Shown: positions 14,531-27,727 of the stretch, piece after piece | Layout: every line of letters begins with the position of its first letter | How positions within the stretch are numbered: position 1 is the first letter of the stretch | Origin: Eledone cirrhosa | Taxonomy: Eukaryota | Assembly: GCA_964016885.1 (NCBI GenBank) | Contig: OZ024740.1 | Coordinates: forward strand, 222,456,001 to 222,520,000 | Reading direction: 5' to 3' | DNA: 64,000 nucleotides | Program-made: the position numbers and the translations under genes | Notes under the pieces: model-generated | Databases searched by the model: none | Seen by the model: the letters and a program-made list of their open reading frames with translations, nothing else | What the model was told of the DNA's origin: nothing

Positions 14531-14826
14531 GGGGTTCCTAAAAATGTATACACCATTCTAATATATATATTGCCTGTACAAGTAATCAAAATGTGTATAC
14601 ATTTTTCGGGGACACCATATATATATATATATATACCGGTGTCCCTAAAAATGTATACACCATTCTAATATATATATTGCCTGTCCAGGTAATCAAAGTG
14701 TGTATACATTTTTCGGGGACACCATATATATATATATATACTGGGGTCCCTAAAAATGTATACACCATTCTAATATATATATTGCCTGTACAGGTAATCA
14801 AAGTGTGTATACATTTTTCGGGGACA

Positions 14827-14870
<44 letters not shown>

Positions 14871-15502
14871 TGGGGTCCCTAAAAATGTATACACCATTCT
14901 AATATATATATTGCCTGTACAGATAATCAAAGTGTGTATACATTTTTCGGGGACACCATATATATATATATATATACCGGGGTCCCTAAAAATGTATACA
15001 CCATTCTAATATATATATTGCCTGTACAGGTAATCAAAGTGTGTATACATTTTTCGGGGACACCATATATATATATACCGGGGTCCCTAAAAATGTATAC
15101 ACCATTCTAATATATATATTGCCTGTACAGGTAATCAAAGTGTGTATACATTTTTCGGGGACACCATATATATATATACCGGTGTCCCTAAAAATGTATA
15201 CACCATTCTAATTTCTAATATATATATTGCCTGTACAGGTAATCAAAGTGTGTATACATTTTTCGGGGACACCATATATAGATATATATATATATATATA
15301 TATATATACCGGGGTCCCTAAAAATATATACACCATTCTAATATATATATATTGCCTGTACACATAATCAAAGTGTGTATACATTTTTCGGGGACACCAT
15401 ATATATATATATATACCGGGGGTCCCTAAAAATGTATACACCATTCTAATATATATATTGCCTGTACAGGTAATCACAGTGTGTATACATTTTTCGGGGA
15501 CA

Positions 15503-15539
<37 letters not shown>

Positions 15540-15623
15540 GGGGTCCCTAAAAATGTATACACCATTCTAATATATATATTGCCTGTACAGGTAATCAAAG
15601 TGTGTATACATTTTTCGGGGACA

Positions 15624-15664
<41 letters not shown>

Positions 15665-15862
15665 GGTGTCCCTAAAAATGTATACACCATTCTAATATAT
15701 ATATTGCCTGTACAGGTAATCAAAGTTTGTATACATTTTTCGGGGACACTATATATATATATATATTAATACCGGGGTCCCTAAAAATGTATACACCATC
15801 CTAACAAATAATGCATGTAAAGGCAATCAAAGTGGGTATACATTTTTTGGGGGACAACCTGT
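14248..15862. repeat. tandem array of about 14.5 Tc1/mariner-type MITE units (~90 bp) separated by variable (TA)n
   Basis: Unit ccggggtccctaaaaatgtatacac...gtgtatacatttttcggggacacca has imperfect ~25-bp terminal inverted repeats and is flanked by TA. Confidence 0.85.
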
Positions 15863-15951
15863 ATATACACAAATATGAACATATATATAGAGAGAACGTG
15901 TGTGCAAGCAAGCAAGCAAGCAAGCAACCAATCAAGATCAGAGTTTTAGTA

Positions 15952-16014
<63 letters not shown>

Positions 16015-16241
16015 ATAAATATGCAACATAACAACATTATGCATATCTGTAGTTGAAAAAGTATACAATGCTGAAACCGGTATTATTAAATGCGGAAATA
16101 TCTACTTTATAAATAAATAAACGTTTTGATATTATACTGAAAGAATCTCTTCAGCATTTTCTACTGAAAAAATCTTTTTTCTCTTCACTATTTGTTTTTA
16201 TAGCTATCAAATCATGTGTTACTTTCCTTCATTACACACAT

Positions 16242-16295
<54 letters not shown>

Positions 16296-16299
<4 letters not shown>

Positions 16300-16342
16300 C
16301 TGATGATTTCTAAAGAATGAAACAGTTCTAGTCCTGTAGAAT
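16296..16342 (+). ncRNA. type I hammerhead ribozyme motif
   Basis: ATTC-CTGATGA-T TTC taaa GAA T-GAAA-CAG ttctagtc CTG-TA-GAAT: intact core, stems I-III pair, GUA triplet. Confidence 0.7.
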
Positions 16343-16548
16343 CTCATCTATATTAAAATGTTTATACTCTGCTATGTATTGAGTACCTTACTTACTGTGG
16401 TTACCTCCGATTCAACCCGGAATAACTTACCTATATATATATATATATATATGCCACTTTGCAAATGTTATCATGAGAAAATGAATTCAGGTGATGATAT
16501 TTAAAAATTTTCTTTCTATGACTTTTCTCAATTTTGTCTGTCTGTCTT

Positions 16549-16597
<49 letters not shown>

Positions 16598-16821
16598 CAC
16601 TCACTCTGCTGTACACTTTCTCTCTTACTGTACTCTCCACATGCAAATTTCACCTTTTTGTTAGAATATATTCAAAGATATATCATAAAAAAGCTATACT
16701 TCATAACTAGTTCCAACTTTCTTCATAAATATATGCAATAAGAGATCCTAAATGAAAATGTCAACAGTAACAAAAGTATCTAAGTAAATTTGTTTTTATG
16801 TAACATGATAGTAATTTGTGT

Positions 16822-17060
16822 GAAGGGACATGGTTAAAGTGTTTGGCTCATAATAGTAAGGTTGTGTTTTCAATTCCTTGACTGGTCACATTGTATCCTT
16901 GAGAGAGACACCTTATTCCACATTGCTCAGATGTACCAACCATGATACACATTGTGCCAATCTGAATCCTGAGAGAACTATGTTAATTTCATGAAAAGGC
17001 AGTTCTGTAGTTTGAATCAACTGAAGCACTCATCGTTAGAAATGATAGAGATCCACCAGC
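16822..17060 (+). mobile_element. degenerate tRNA-derived SINE (family B)
   Basis: Similar to the reverse complement of 45005-45320 (head, gtccttgag..agacac.ttatt.cac.ttgctc, ctgaatc..gagagaactatgttaa). Confidence 0.5.
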
Positions 17061-18117
17061 AATATGATATGAATTTACATACATAGATTTCTACAACTTT
17101 ATCAAATAACAATTTCTTTGGAAAGGTTAGAATGCAAATGTATATAAGAGAAGGTATTTTCAAATAATGGTCTAGTTTCAAATAAATGTATTGGATTTAG
17201 CCTTTTAGAAATCTCTAGTATAAACTATAATTCTGACAATACCTCTCAAACATTTCTATATTTTTCAGGTTGCCTGATTATAGCATGACTATAGTGATTC
17301 AGTCTAGTAATCTTATATTAAATGCTAGAGGATTGACATAATAAAGGGGGCTTAGTGGCAGAATATTGGGCTTAATAAGTCACAGCGATGAATTAAATCC
17401 TATTTGAGAAACTACATGCTACAATCTATTATATATAAAGCTCCAGCATTGATCTTTGGAAGTACATGTCATTGGAATTTAACCATGTCAAGAACAATAT
17501 CACCTACTACCAACACCGTACATACAGATAACATCTAATGCAGATACCATAATACTTCATTCTTGTTTATTCTTTAAATCCTATTCTTTAAATCCAGTTC
17601 TAATGTTAGCTTCTCTTACTAGACATTCACTTCTATCTATGAGAAGTTTTGCTATATCTTTTACTAAGATTTGACAATTTAGTATTATATAATACCACCA
17701 ATATATCAGCATGAGTCACATCTGGTTGGATTGGTAGGAAGTTGTCATAAAAACTGCATTGTATCTCCGGCTAAAGTATTTAACTAATAAATGGTCATGC
17801 CCACCAAGCTGTACACAGATACCATAGATAAGTGATTCCTAAACTTTTAACTCACTACCAAGGAGTCCTTTTATCTAAATAAATTTTCACACAGAAACTC
17901 TGCTACAATTTCTACCCTCTCAGATTGTTATACAGTGTGAATAACAATTGAAAGACAAAAATGCTTATAATTATAGAAGAATATATACTCAGTAGCATTT
18001 ATATACTAAGGATTTAACAAAATAATTGAAATTTTGAACATAACTCATGCATTAATTGGCCCCAAGCTGGAAACTGCTGTCATATGTACATAGATAAAGA
18101 TTAGAGTTATAAGTGCA

Positions 18118-18302
18118 AAGGTCGACTGAAGAGTTCATGGGCTGACTAGCTAGAACTGTGAAATCTTGCATGCGTTAATTCCAACACTTCTTATTAATAA
18201 CTGCATAGTTTCTTTCCAGGGACTATGTTAAAAAATAAATTGCATTTAGTCATTCCATGAGAGTATCTTAGTCAGCCTATGAACTTTTCAGCTGACTCTC
18301 GT
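18118..18302. mobile_element. mariner-derived MITE
   Basis: TIRs ggtcgactgaagagttcatgggctgact / agtcagcctatgaacttttcagctgact; second copy at 27728-27926. Confidence 0.7.
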
Positions 18303-20930
18303 TTACCATCCTTCTCCATTCTGTCCACCGGGACTGTGGCAAGACCATCAATATGATTACTAAACCTTTCATTACCATAATCGACCCCGTTTTCTTTAAA
18401 CCCATCAACCAATGACCTTCAGAATACCAAAGGCTTTCAGGGATAAATTCCTAAAACCTATGGTTTTCCTTTTAAATACATGTTAATACTCTGTGATGTT
18501 GGTTATTTTCCAATCTTTCGGATCTTACCTCCTGGATTTTATCCAGTAAAGGATAGTATGTAGTTTATAATTGTTCATTAGTTGTATATTGCATTGGGTT
18601 ATACAGTTATGATATGAATTACATAAGAAGAGAGTTTTAATGTTGCCCCAAGAACAAAATTGGTTATTGGCTTCATCAATAAACACAAGCATAATTGATG
18701 TAAGTCACATGTAGTGAATTGGAGGAATTGTTCAAATGTAGTAAAAATAACATCTGGTTAAGTCTTCTGGCTCTTCACACTCTGAGTTCAAATCCTGCCA
18801 AAGTCAACTTTGCCTTTCACTACCAGTCCAGGTTAGTGGATTGATGAAAGATCTTGTGGTGTTTGCTCTAACTGTGTTCTAAGCCAAAATCCCATTGGTC
18901 GAAAGGGGTGGTAAGACTAATTTTTTGCACAGTTCAACGCCATCACATCGCCTTTGGGTGCATTTAGCAGAGTTCACTCTGCTGCAAGTATTCAACTCAT
19001 GTCACTGGTTTAAAGATAACTTACCCTAGGAAGCCCTAAATAACCTAGGAAGTCCTAAATAAAAATATAGACACTACTCTTTCTTCTCTCACTAACCAAT
19101 AAAAACAATCTATACCAGTCTGTCGCTTTCTTTTGAATAACTCACATTTTAAGAGAGAATCCTTCTTAAGTGTTTGCTTTACTTGGTAGAAATATCAGCT
19201 AGATCTCCTTGACATTACTTCCTAGAAACTTAAACAATGCAAAACACTAAATAAGGTATAATATATCTAAACTTAAGATGTAATGGTCAACCCTGAAATA
19301 TCTTTGATAAGATATTAGCTCAATCAAGGCAGACCTAGGGTTAAACAACATCAACAATATCTATATTAATTCAATTCTAATAATTACGATATCTATGTAT
19401 CTGCCAACTAGATTCAATTTCTCTGTTTGCCACTATCAGTTGCTATATCTGCCCACTACTAATAACCTCCTACACATACCTATTTCTGACATATGCTATC
19501 AATCTAACGTGTACACATACTATCCAATCAACATTATATCCTTCATTTTACTTGACTAGAACAAACTCTAAATTAATTATAGCTCCTAATGATCTGCTAA
19601 ATCATTTATTAGATTCTCTATGCCAAAATGTGAGTTATTTTTCTCTGAATAAATTTGATTTTGTAAACTTTTGCATTGTAACTTTCTTAGCTCAAATTTC
19701 ATGCAACGTGCAGGAATCATCATGAAACTTATTTTCAAATTGATTTTCATGAAATCCTAATTCAATAGATATCTGTTGATGTAAATGACAGTTTGAATTC
19801 AATTTGGCACAAATACATTACAATGCAAGCCATATAGATTAAGGGCAGATAAGATATGTAGATGTTTGTAATACTGCATCTTGAACAGGTCCCCTTTAAT
19901 ATTGTATTTGGCAAAGATTTAAGATTGTAAACTAGCAAAAATATTGTATAAAACTTCAGTCAGTATCAAATAATTCATACTTCATTAGTCCATAATGAAT
20001 AATCTAATCTTTTGTTTTCACTATTCTCACACACACACAATAAAGGGAAAACAAGTTAGGAATATTTTTCCTTTTTCATTGAAAATAGAATAATAATTGT
20101 TTATATGATTCACTTCAGGGAGAAATGAAAGTCATATGGACATTTGTTCAAATAAGATTTTTCAAGAAGAATTATAAATTATAAATAAAACATAAATACT
20201 TTTCTAAAACATTGTATGTAAATTTTTATATTGTATGAGAAGTAGCACATTGAATAAAACAATGGTGTTCCTATTTAAATAGGAAGTAAACCTCATAGGC
20301 TAAAAATTAACTAACACACTTTTTGTCACCAAGTACTAAATTCTGACTTAACATTTTTAGTTTAGTTCATAAATCATTGATGTTTTGCAGAAGCATCCTT
20401 AGGGATGAATAGGGACACTGGTTCTCACTTGAGTCTCACTTTCAGCTCTGGGACATTTTTTAGCCACACCCCAAGAACTGCATAGAGTGGAAGTCTAAAC
20501 TTATTGAGGGACTGGATGCTTAAAGAGAAGATGGACACTGCCAAGCATTTCTAAGTTTCATTGAAATGCCATGATGGACACACAGTAAAACATCTAGAGT
20601 GGTACCCTAATGACTGGTTGTACCAGTTACATGAACTTAATTTAAGATTGTTTTAGATAGTCATGACTAAATTGTTCAGACCATAATCCTCTTCATGATC
20701 ATCATTTTATATCTGCTTTCTATAGATGGCAGTTTGTCAGAATATGAGACTAGACCAGCTTGAGAATGGAGACTTAATCGTTGTTACTTTCTGTTGCCAG
20801 TAGTTATTTTAATATATATAAAACATGGAAGACTCGACATGGTCAATAGATCTGCAACCAATAGCACCTAAATCTCTTTCAAATTAACATCTTAAAAGAA
20901 GAATGCACTGCACATAGTCATAAATGTATA

Positions 20931-21086
20931 ATTGTTTCTACTTTAGGCACAAGGCCAGCAATTACCCAGTGCATTATTGGTACTTTATTTTATCGACCCC
21001 GTAAGGATGAAAGGCAAAGTTAACCTCAGCGGGATTTGAACTCAGACTGTAAAGGGACGTAACTATGCTGCAAAGCATGGCGTCCG
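20931..21086 (-). mobile_element. SINE family A, 5'-truncated
   Basis: B-box-like gagttcaaatcc on the minus strand; TSD aatgtataat. Confidence 0.85.
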
Positions 21087-21429
21087 AATGTATAATACAG
21101 GATTGTCATGGCTGGAACACATTTTATCATAGATCTCCACAATCAGGGATGATTTTCACTCAATAACAACCTACATAGAACATCAATAACAACAGATTTC
21201 CTCAAAATCAAACCTAATCATTTTGTTAATTGACCTGCTAGAAAGAGTAGCCAAATATCCCTCAAATAACCCTCTACCATTTTATATATAGAAGGATATA
21301 TTTGACAATATAGTAGTTCATTATATAGATAAAGATAATATGGTAATGATTGGAGCACACATGATCATACGCCTGTTTGTTTTGGGATTATTGGGGAACT
21401 TAATAACAATAATGAATAACTCATTCGAT

Positions 21430-21620
21430 AATTGTTTCTACTTTTGGCACAAGTCCAGAAATTATTCCAGTGCATTAGTGGTACTTTATTTTATCAACCC
21501 CATAAGGATGAAAGGCAAAGCTAACCTTGGCAGGATTTGAACTCAGAACATAAAGGGCCATAACTCTATGCTGCAAAACATGGTGTCTGACGCTCTACCG
21601 ATTCTGCAAATCCACCACCC
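21430..21620 (-). mobile_element. SINE family A
   Basis: Homologous to 41741-41923. Confidence 0.8.
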
Positions 21621-22649
21621 AATAATATTCACATTCGATAATATCATCTTAGATATAATATATCTAATTGAAAGAAGGGTTAAACAACTTTCCTCATAAG
21701 TCTGCTCTATCAGAATTGACTCAAGACGAAATAACAACAGTTAAAACGACCCATAATATTCAATTCACAGCAAGATTGTATATTTTAGAAATATATAAAT
21801 ATACTTCTGTACACTAGAATATTTAAGTATCCGTAATGTTGTTGTTGATATATAAATAAATTATACCGATTGTTGAACTCATAACAATATTCAAATTTGC
21901 TTATGTATTTGTATGTTTACCTAATCACCATATTAAACACTTCTGCAGTTACTATTAATGTTGAAAACAGAAAATAATCAAGCCCAACATTTCATTATGT
22001 AAATATGTGGTTAGCACCTCTTTGTGATTAAATTGTCCATTAATTTAATTTCCTGGCGCCATTCAATGTCTGTTTCATTGATATTTCTATACAATGTACT
22101 AGTTACTACACCATTAGCAAGAAAAAGTGAAGTTATGCTTCTGCTAATGAAGTCAAATGAGGCACAAATGATTGGAATTGTCTCCCTTACTTATTACGTC
22201 AAAGAAGCTAACCCTAACTATTTTGTCCTAATCAATAAGTGTAACCATGGCTGTTTAGTTAAGATGCTCACTTTGCAGCTATGAAGTCTTCAGTTCTATC
22301 CCATTGTTGACACCTTGTGCAAGTGTCATCTAATCTTGCCATGGGCAAACCAATGACTTTATGAGTGAATTTGGCTGGTGATAACTGTAAGGAACCTTAT
22401 ATATATAAGATAAATGTAAATAAATAAATAAATATACATAAGTACAATAAAAAGAAACACACATAAACTCACACTAGTGAACAAAACTAGAATACAAAAC
22501 ACATAGACACACACACCAAACAGAACACACACACCAAACAGAACACACACACGCAAACGCATGCGCAAACAGAGACAGAGACATGAATAAATGAATAAAT
22601 AAAAAAAAATAGCATAGACATTACAATACAATGGGAGGAAATATAACAG

Positions 22650-22878
22650 TACCACTGATGATGTCACATATGTGTGACAAAAAAACTTTGATAGACTATA
22701 TATATATATTTATATCTGTATTTTTAACTGTTGATCAATCAATGATAAGCATTGATTACCAGATAGATTAACTGAGGAGTTATAAAAGATACAGAAAGGA
22801 AAACCAATCCAAACCAAACAGTGAGTGTTTTATTATTATTTCTGGCAATATTATAACAATATGACCCTCCCTAACTAT

Positions 22879-22885
<7 letters not shown>
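22650..22885 (+). mobile_element. decayed copy of the HHR-bearing repeat family at 60804-61012
   Basis: CTGATGA-T-GTCACA tatg TGTGAC-AAAA (GAAA lost); shared end tgaccctccc...tataacaatat. Confidence 0.55.
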
Positions 22886-22913
<28 letters not shown>

Positions 22914-23027
22914 ACGCAGATTACTTATAACGATAAGTTGTTACCCCATATATATATATATATCACTCGATATGCAAATTAGGCTGCACAGCCGTTAATA
23001 TGCATAAGGAAAGAATATACTTTCAGA

Positions 23028-23116
23028 TGTTCAATCATCTGGCAGGAAGGTATATGTTGCTGACGATAGCTAATAAGCTTGAAACTAGTACATCGTTCCT
23101 TTATCAGTGTTGAACA
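23028..23116 (+). ncRNA. type I hammerhead ribozyme motif with palindromic stem III
   Basis: ATGTTG-CTGACGA-T AGCT aata AGCT T-GAAA-CTAG-TA-CATCGT (23054-23096); stem I extends through AAGG/CCTT and TGTTCAA/TTGAACA. Confidence 0.75.
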
Positions 23117-23398
23117 AATGAGCAACGATGGTTGCTAGACACTGTACGGCTTAATTCGGGATGTTTGTTTGTTTACAAACACACCGAGCATTATAATAAG
23201 TGTTTGGTGAATCATACGTACATAAATATATGTGTGCATGTATGTATATATATATACATACTACTGTACGTCTGTATGTACGTATACATACATACTTATA
23301 TTTAAGTAACAGCCATACTAAGAGTGAGAAATGAAATTTTGTTTCATTTTTTCCGTTTATATATATATAGTTGTGTTATAAACAACATAAGGCAATTA

Positions 23399-23459
23399 TT
23401 TCATTTACCAGTGGTTTCTTAAAAGCAAATAAATTTTGCTTTCAATCATCAGAATGAAA
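23399..23459 (-). ncRNA. hammerhead ribozyme motif (inverted copy)
   Basis: Reverse complement of 23491-23551, differing in loop 2; core intact. Confidence 0.8.
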
Positions 23460-23490
23460 AAATCCAATGTCAATAAATACACCAGGATTT

Positions 23491-23551
23491 TTTCATTCTG
23501 ATGATTGAAAGCAAAAATTGTTTGCTTTTAAGAAACCACTGGTAAATGAAA
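23491..23551 (+). ncRNA. type I hammerhead ribozyme motif
   Basis: TTTCATT-CTGATGA-TTGAAAGCAAA aattg TTTGCTTTTAA-GAAA-CCACTGG-TA-AATGAAA. Confidence 0.82.
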
Positions 23552-23647
23552 TAATTGCCTTATGTTGTTTATTACATAACTATTAAGCTCTGTAACCTAC
23601 ATAGAGCACTCTTTTTTCCTGGACCTTTCCGACGGAATTACTTCATT

Positions 23648-23696
<49 letters not shown>

Positions 23697-24370
23697 ATCA
23701 GTGTGGCACACAGGTCAAAAGACAGACAGAAAACAACTGACAATCCCATCTACTCAGTCAACCTCTGGAAATCCCTACAGTTTTGGTGAATTACACAAAT
23801 AAAGAAAAACAGTATCTCAAGTACATCAACTGACAAAGAAGTGAGAGAAAGATGTGTGAAGGCTTAACCAAAGGAGAACAATATATAGAAAGGAGTGAAA
23901 TAGAAATAAGAAAAGAATAATATGGACTGCAGTATAACGTGCAGACAAAGAGAAATGTCACTGAGACATAGAAAAGATAAGAAAGGAGAATACAGGAAGA
24001 CAGACTGGATGATGTGACATCTATTAAATGATAGTTTCAAAAAAGCCTGCATGGGTAAATCTGTAGAATATAAATTCAAAACAAATCATTTACAATTGCC
24101 GGCAATAATATGTGCTTCAATTGAGCATAAACAGAGATCCTGCTATACAATCATTGGCCAAGTAAAAATATGTTCTTTACTTAACAAGAGAGGAACACAT
24201 ACACACACATAACATACTGTTTCTCATAGTTTTTCCTAGCAAATTCACTCAAATGGCATTGGTTGGCCTAAAGACACTTGACAATTGAGGAAAGTCATCA
24301 AGCTGTAAAATTCTGCCTAAAAAATGTCTTATTATGTTCATCCCAGTATGGAAGAAATAGGCTTAAAACT

Positions 24371-24510
24371 GATGATGAGGTTGATGATGATGTTAATGGT
24401 GATGATGATAATGAGGATGATATTGGTGATGATATTGGTATTGATGATGATGATGATAAGGAGGATGTTATTGGTGATGATGATGGTGATTGTGATGATG
24501 ATGATGATGA
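24371..24510. repeat. degenerate (GAT)n microsatellite
   Basis: Direct inspection. Confidence 0.9.
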
Positions 24511-25238
24511 CAATAACAGCATTTAATGCTTCTGTCATTATTTCTAATGTCAAAAAATTTTGAAAATAGTCAAACCTGCTTTATTATGTTCTAAACTATT
24601 TTGTACCAATCATTATAGGTAGGTGCAGTATAGCCTCACTGACTTTCTCGAGAAGACATATTTCATTGGTACAAAACTGGACCTATTATCATGGAAATGA
24701 GCAATACTATAGTAAATATTTTAATGGGATGCAGTCATTCTATACTGCTGCTCTTCTCACATTTTTACACTTTTCAAGATTGTCTTGTTAACATGGAGTC
24801 AAGTAAATTGAATGTTATGAGTTAAATCTATCCCATTTTCTACTATACTCCCAAAATTAATTTCAAGCAAGACTGTTTTAAACATATTAGTGAGCTCTAG
24901 TATAATGAATTGTTTTACAAACACCATATTGAAATATTAGAAAATGGTATATCTGAACATATTGTTAACTAAATATTATTGATCTAAAGTAACTAATAAT
25001 GTTCAACAAGACATTCATGAGTGTCTCATCAGTCAGTGACATGGCGATAATCAAAATGTAATTTATTATTATTTATATGTATATGATTAATATTTGATCC
25101 ACACTCATCTCATTCCCTATCATTACTCCAGCCTCATAATTACTGTTCCATAATGCCTGTATGGAACTGCCTGACAATCTTCACACTCTAGCATTCCCCC
25201 ACCCACTCTCCTATTTGTTATCCAAAAATATCCTGTTA

Positions 25239-26571
25239 TCCTGTTCATCATAGTCCTGCAGGCAATAACGGAGGAATTTAAGACCGGATGCCCATGGGAA
25301 CTCCTGTATGCTGATGACCTCGCACTCATAGCTGAATCTATGATAGAACTAGAGAATAAATTCCAAACCTGGAAGCAGGGACTAGAGAGAAAGGGTCTCA
25401 AAGTCAACATGACAAAGACTAAGGTCCTTGTAAGTAGACGAGAAAACAGAACCCAGATCCCCTCAGGGAATGGCCTTGCTCAGTATGTAGGAAAGGTGTA
25501 GGTAGGAACTCCATTCTCTGCCCCAAATGCAAACAATGGGTACACAAGACATGTAGCGGGATCTCAGGAAGCTTAATTAAGAATGTAGGCTTCATATGTA
25601 GCAGCTGTGCTGAAACAGCAAGCAGCAAACAGCCACAGGAAACAAGTACCACCAATCTCTGGGAGGGCCCTGTAGAAACAGTAGACAGCTTCTGCTACCT
25701 AGGTGACCAAATTAGCAATGGAGGTGGGTGTTCAGAAAGTACAATAACTAGGGTAAGAACGGGATGGAAGAAGTTTAGGGAACTACTACCACTGCTAGCT
25801 GCAAAAGGCTTCTCCCTCAGAATGAAAGGCAGACTGTATGATGCGTGTATCCGAACAGCGATGTTGCATGGTAGTGAGACCTGGGCGCTGAAGGTGGAAG
25901 ACTTACGTAGATTAGAGAGAAACGAAGCCTGCATGCTCCGATGGATGTGTAACAGTAATATACGTGAACGACAAAGCATAAATGAATTGAGAGAGAGACT
26001 GAGCATAAGAGGAATCAAATGCTGTGTGCAGGAGAGGCGGTTGCACTGGTATGGACATGTGATGCGTATGAAGGATGACAGCTGCATAAAAAGGTGCAGA
26101 GCACTAGAAGTTGATGGAAACCGTGGAGTGGGGAGACCCAAGATGACCTGGGATGAGGTGATAAAAGCCGACCTTACCCAATTACACCTCTCAAAGACAA
26201 TGACACACGACCGTGACTTCTGGCATCACGCAGTAATACAGAGTACCCCACCTCCCATGGGTACATGCTGAAGCATATAATCAATATGCCCCCACGCCCC
26301 CCACCGCAAGGTGGTCGTGGAGGTGCCACGGCAAAAAAGCACCCAGCCCACACTGTAAAGTGGACGTGTAGGCACCACGAAAAAGCACCCAGCACTCACT
26401 GTAAATGAGGTTGGTGTTAGGAAGGGCATCCAGCTGTAGAAATCAAGCCAGATCAGTTCCTGTATGAGCAAGGCATGGTCAGCCGACCAGACACTGCACA
26501 CAACAGGACAACCCATCTAACCCATGCTAGCGTGGAAGAACGGACATAAAACAGTGATGATGTGATGATGA
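25239..26571 (+). mobile_element. RTE-clade LINE, 5'-truncated (1.3 kb)
   Basis: Begins in RT (LFIIVLQAITEEFKTGCPWELLYADD), closely similar to 7192-8500, ends in a (GAT)n tail. Confidence 0.95.
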
Positions 26572-26820
26572 GTGGAATGTCTTTAGTCTTGTAAATTATT
26601 CAATCCTCATAGCAATTGCCACCAGTCTTATCAGTCTACTCCCTTCTTTGCTATGTATAACCATCAGATCCATTTACACAGAGACATCCTACCACCACAC
26701 TCTATGCCGCCAGCCAAATCTTCCTCCCCTCAAAGCTTCTTCTCATTGATGTATATAACTATACTACTTATTACATTGAGAATTTGAAGTTTTAAAGCCA
26801 CGACAATGCAGATTGGATGG

Positions 26821-27112
26821 AAAATAATTAAGTCATACGAAACGAGATGTTTTTTTTTACCTTAATTTATTCATATATCCTGGTGTTTCGAGAAATATCT
26901 CTTCTTCCAAGGAAAATAAAGGAATAATTATGGTGACCAAAGTGGCTTTCTATGCTAGCTGAAGTGGTTTTATTCTGGTATAGCAAACCACATCGGACAC
27001 TGGAAGAGTTCCTTTATTTTCTTTCGAAGAAAAGATATTAATCTCAAAATATCAGGACATAAGAATAAATTAATGTAAAAAAGCACCCCTTGTTTATTAT
27101 GACTTAATTTTT
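26821..27112. repeat. old imperfect inverted repeat (~105-bp arms)
   Basis: 26821-26925 pairs with 27010-27112 (aattaagtcata/tatgacttaatt, aaaataaaggaa/ttcctttatttt). Confidence 0.7.
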
Positions 27113-27727
27113 TTTTTATACCATATACAATGCTGCAAGCAAACTACAAATTCCTTCTTCACTTATTACATTGTTGCTTAAGCCCAAGTTCTTCATTGTT
27201 GTGATTTTTGTTAAGATTTTACATTTATTGTTTATTTTTCAGAATTAATTGATAAATATAATTTGTTTTAGCAATTTTCATGCAGGTATTCAGTGTTGGG
27301 TACTACATATATGGCAGGGACTCAGGTTTCAAAAGATTAAATTTCTGATATTTTTGAATAACTTGTCATTTTATTTGTAACATTTATATCTATCAAATAT
27401 CATTTACAAATCTTTGGCTGACTCAAGGCTACAGTAGAGAGCACCAGACCAAGGTTCAGTCCATCGAGATCACATCTGAAACTACATATATGTAAAGTAA
27501 GCTTCTTAAGCTTCTTAAGAAGAAACTATTAATGATACTTCTATAAAATAATAGAAAAATAGTGGCCATCACCCCTTGATGCATATATGAAGTAGCACAA
27601 AATTCATTCTAGCTTATAATGTCTGTTAAATAAGTTGGGGTGTCAAAAAAACTTTGCTCCCAGATCCAAGGAGTTCTTACTACACCACTGCTACTAAAAT
27701 ATAGCATTCATACTCACATTAATATTT

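Larger units (their letters stand above)
23368..23652. repeat. fold-back insertion: ~98-bp inverted arms plus one-sided tail, in (TA)n
   Basis: Arms 23368-23465 and 23484-23582; unpaired tail 23583-23652. Confidence 0.85.

Noticed and set aside
14248-15862. CRISPR-like array (palindromic repeat plus spacers)
   Set aside because: Spacers are only (TA)n, repeats are ~90 bp, there are no cas genes and the context is eukaryotic.
26855-26925. Hammerhead in the arms of the 26.8-27.1 kb inverted repeat (GAAGA-GAGA..TCTC-GAAA)
   Set aside because: Neither arm has CTGA or a valid stem III/NUH; too decayed to call.
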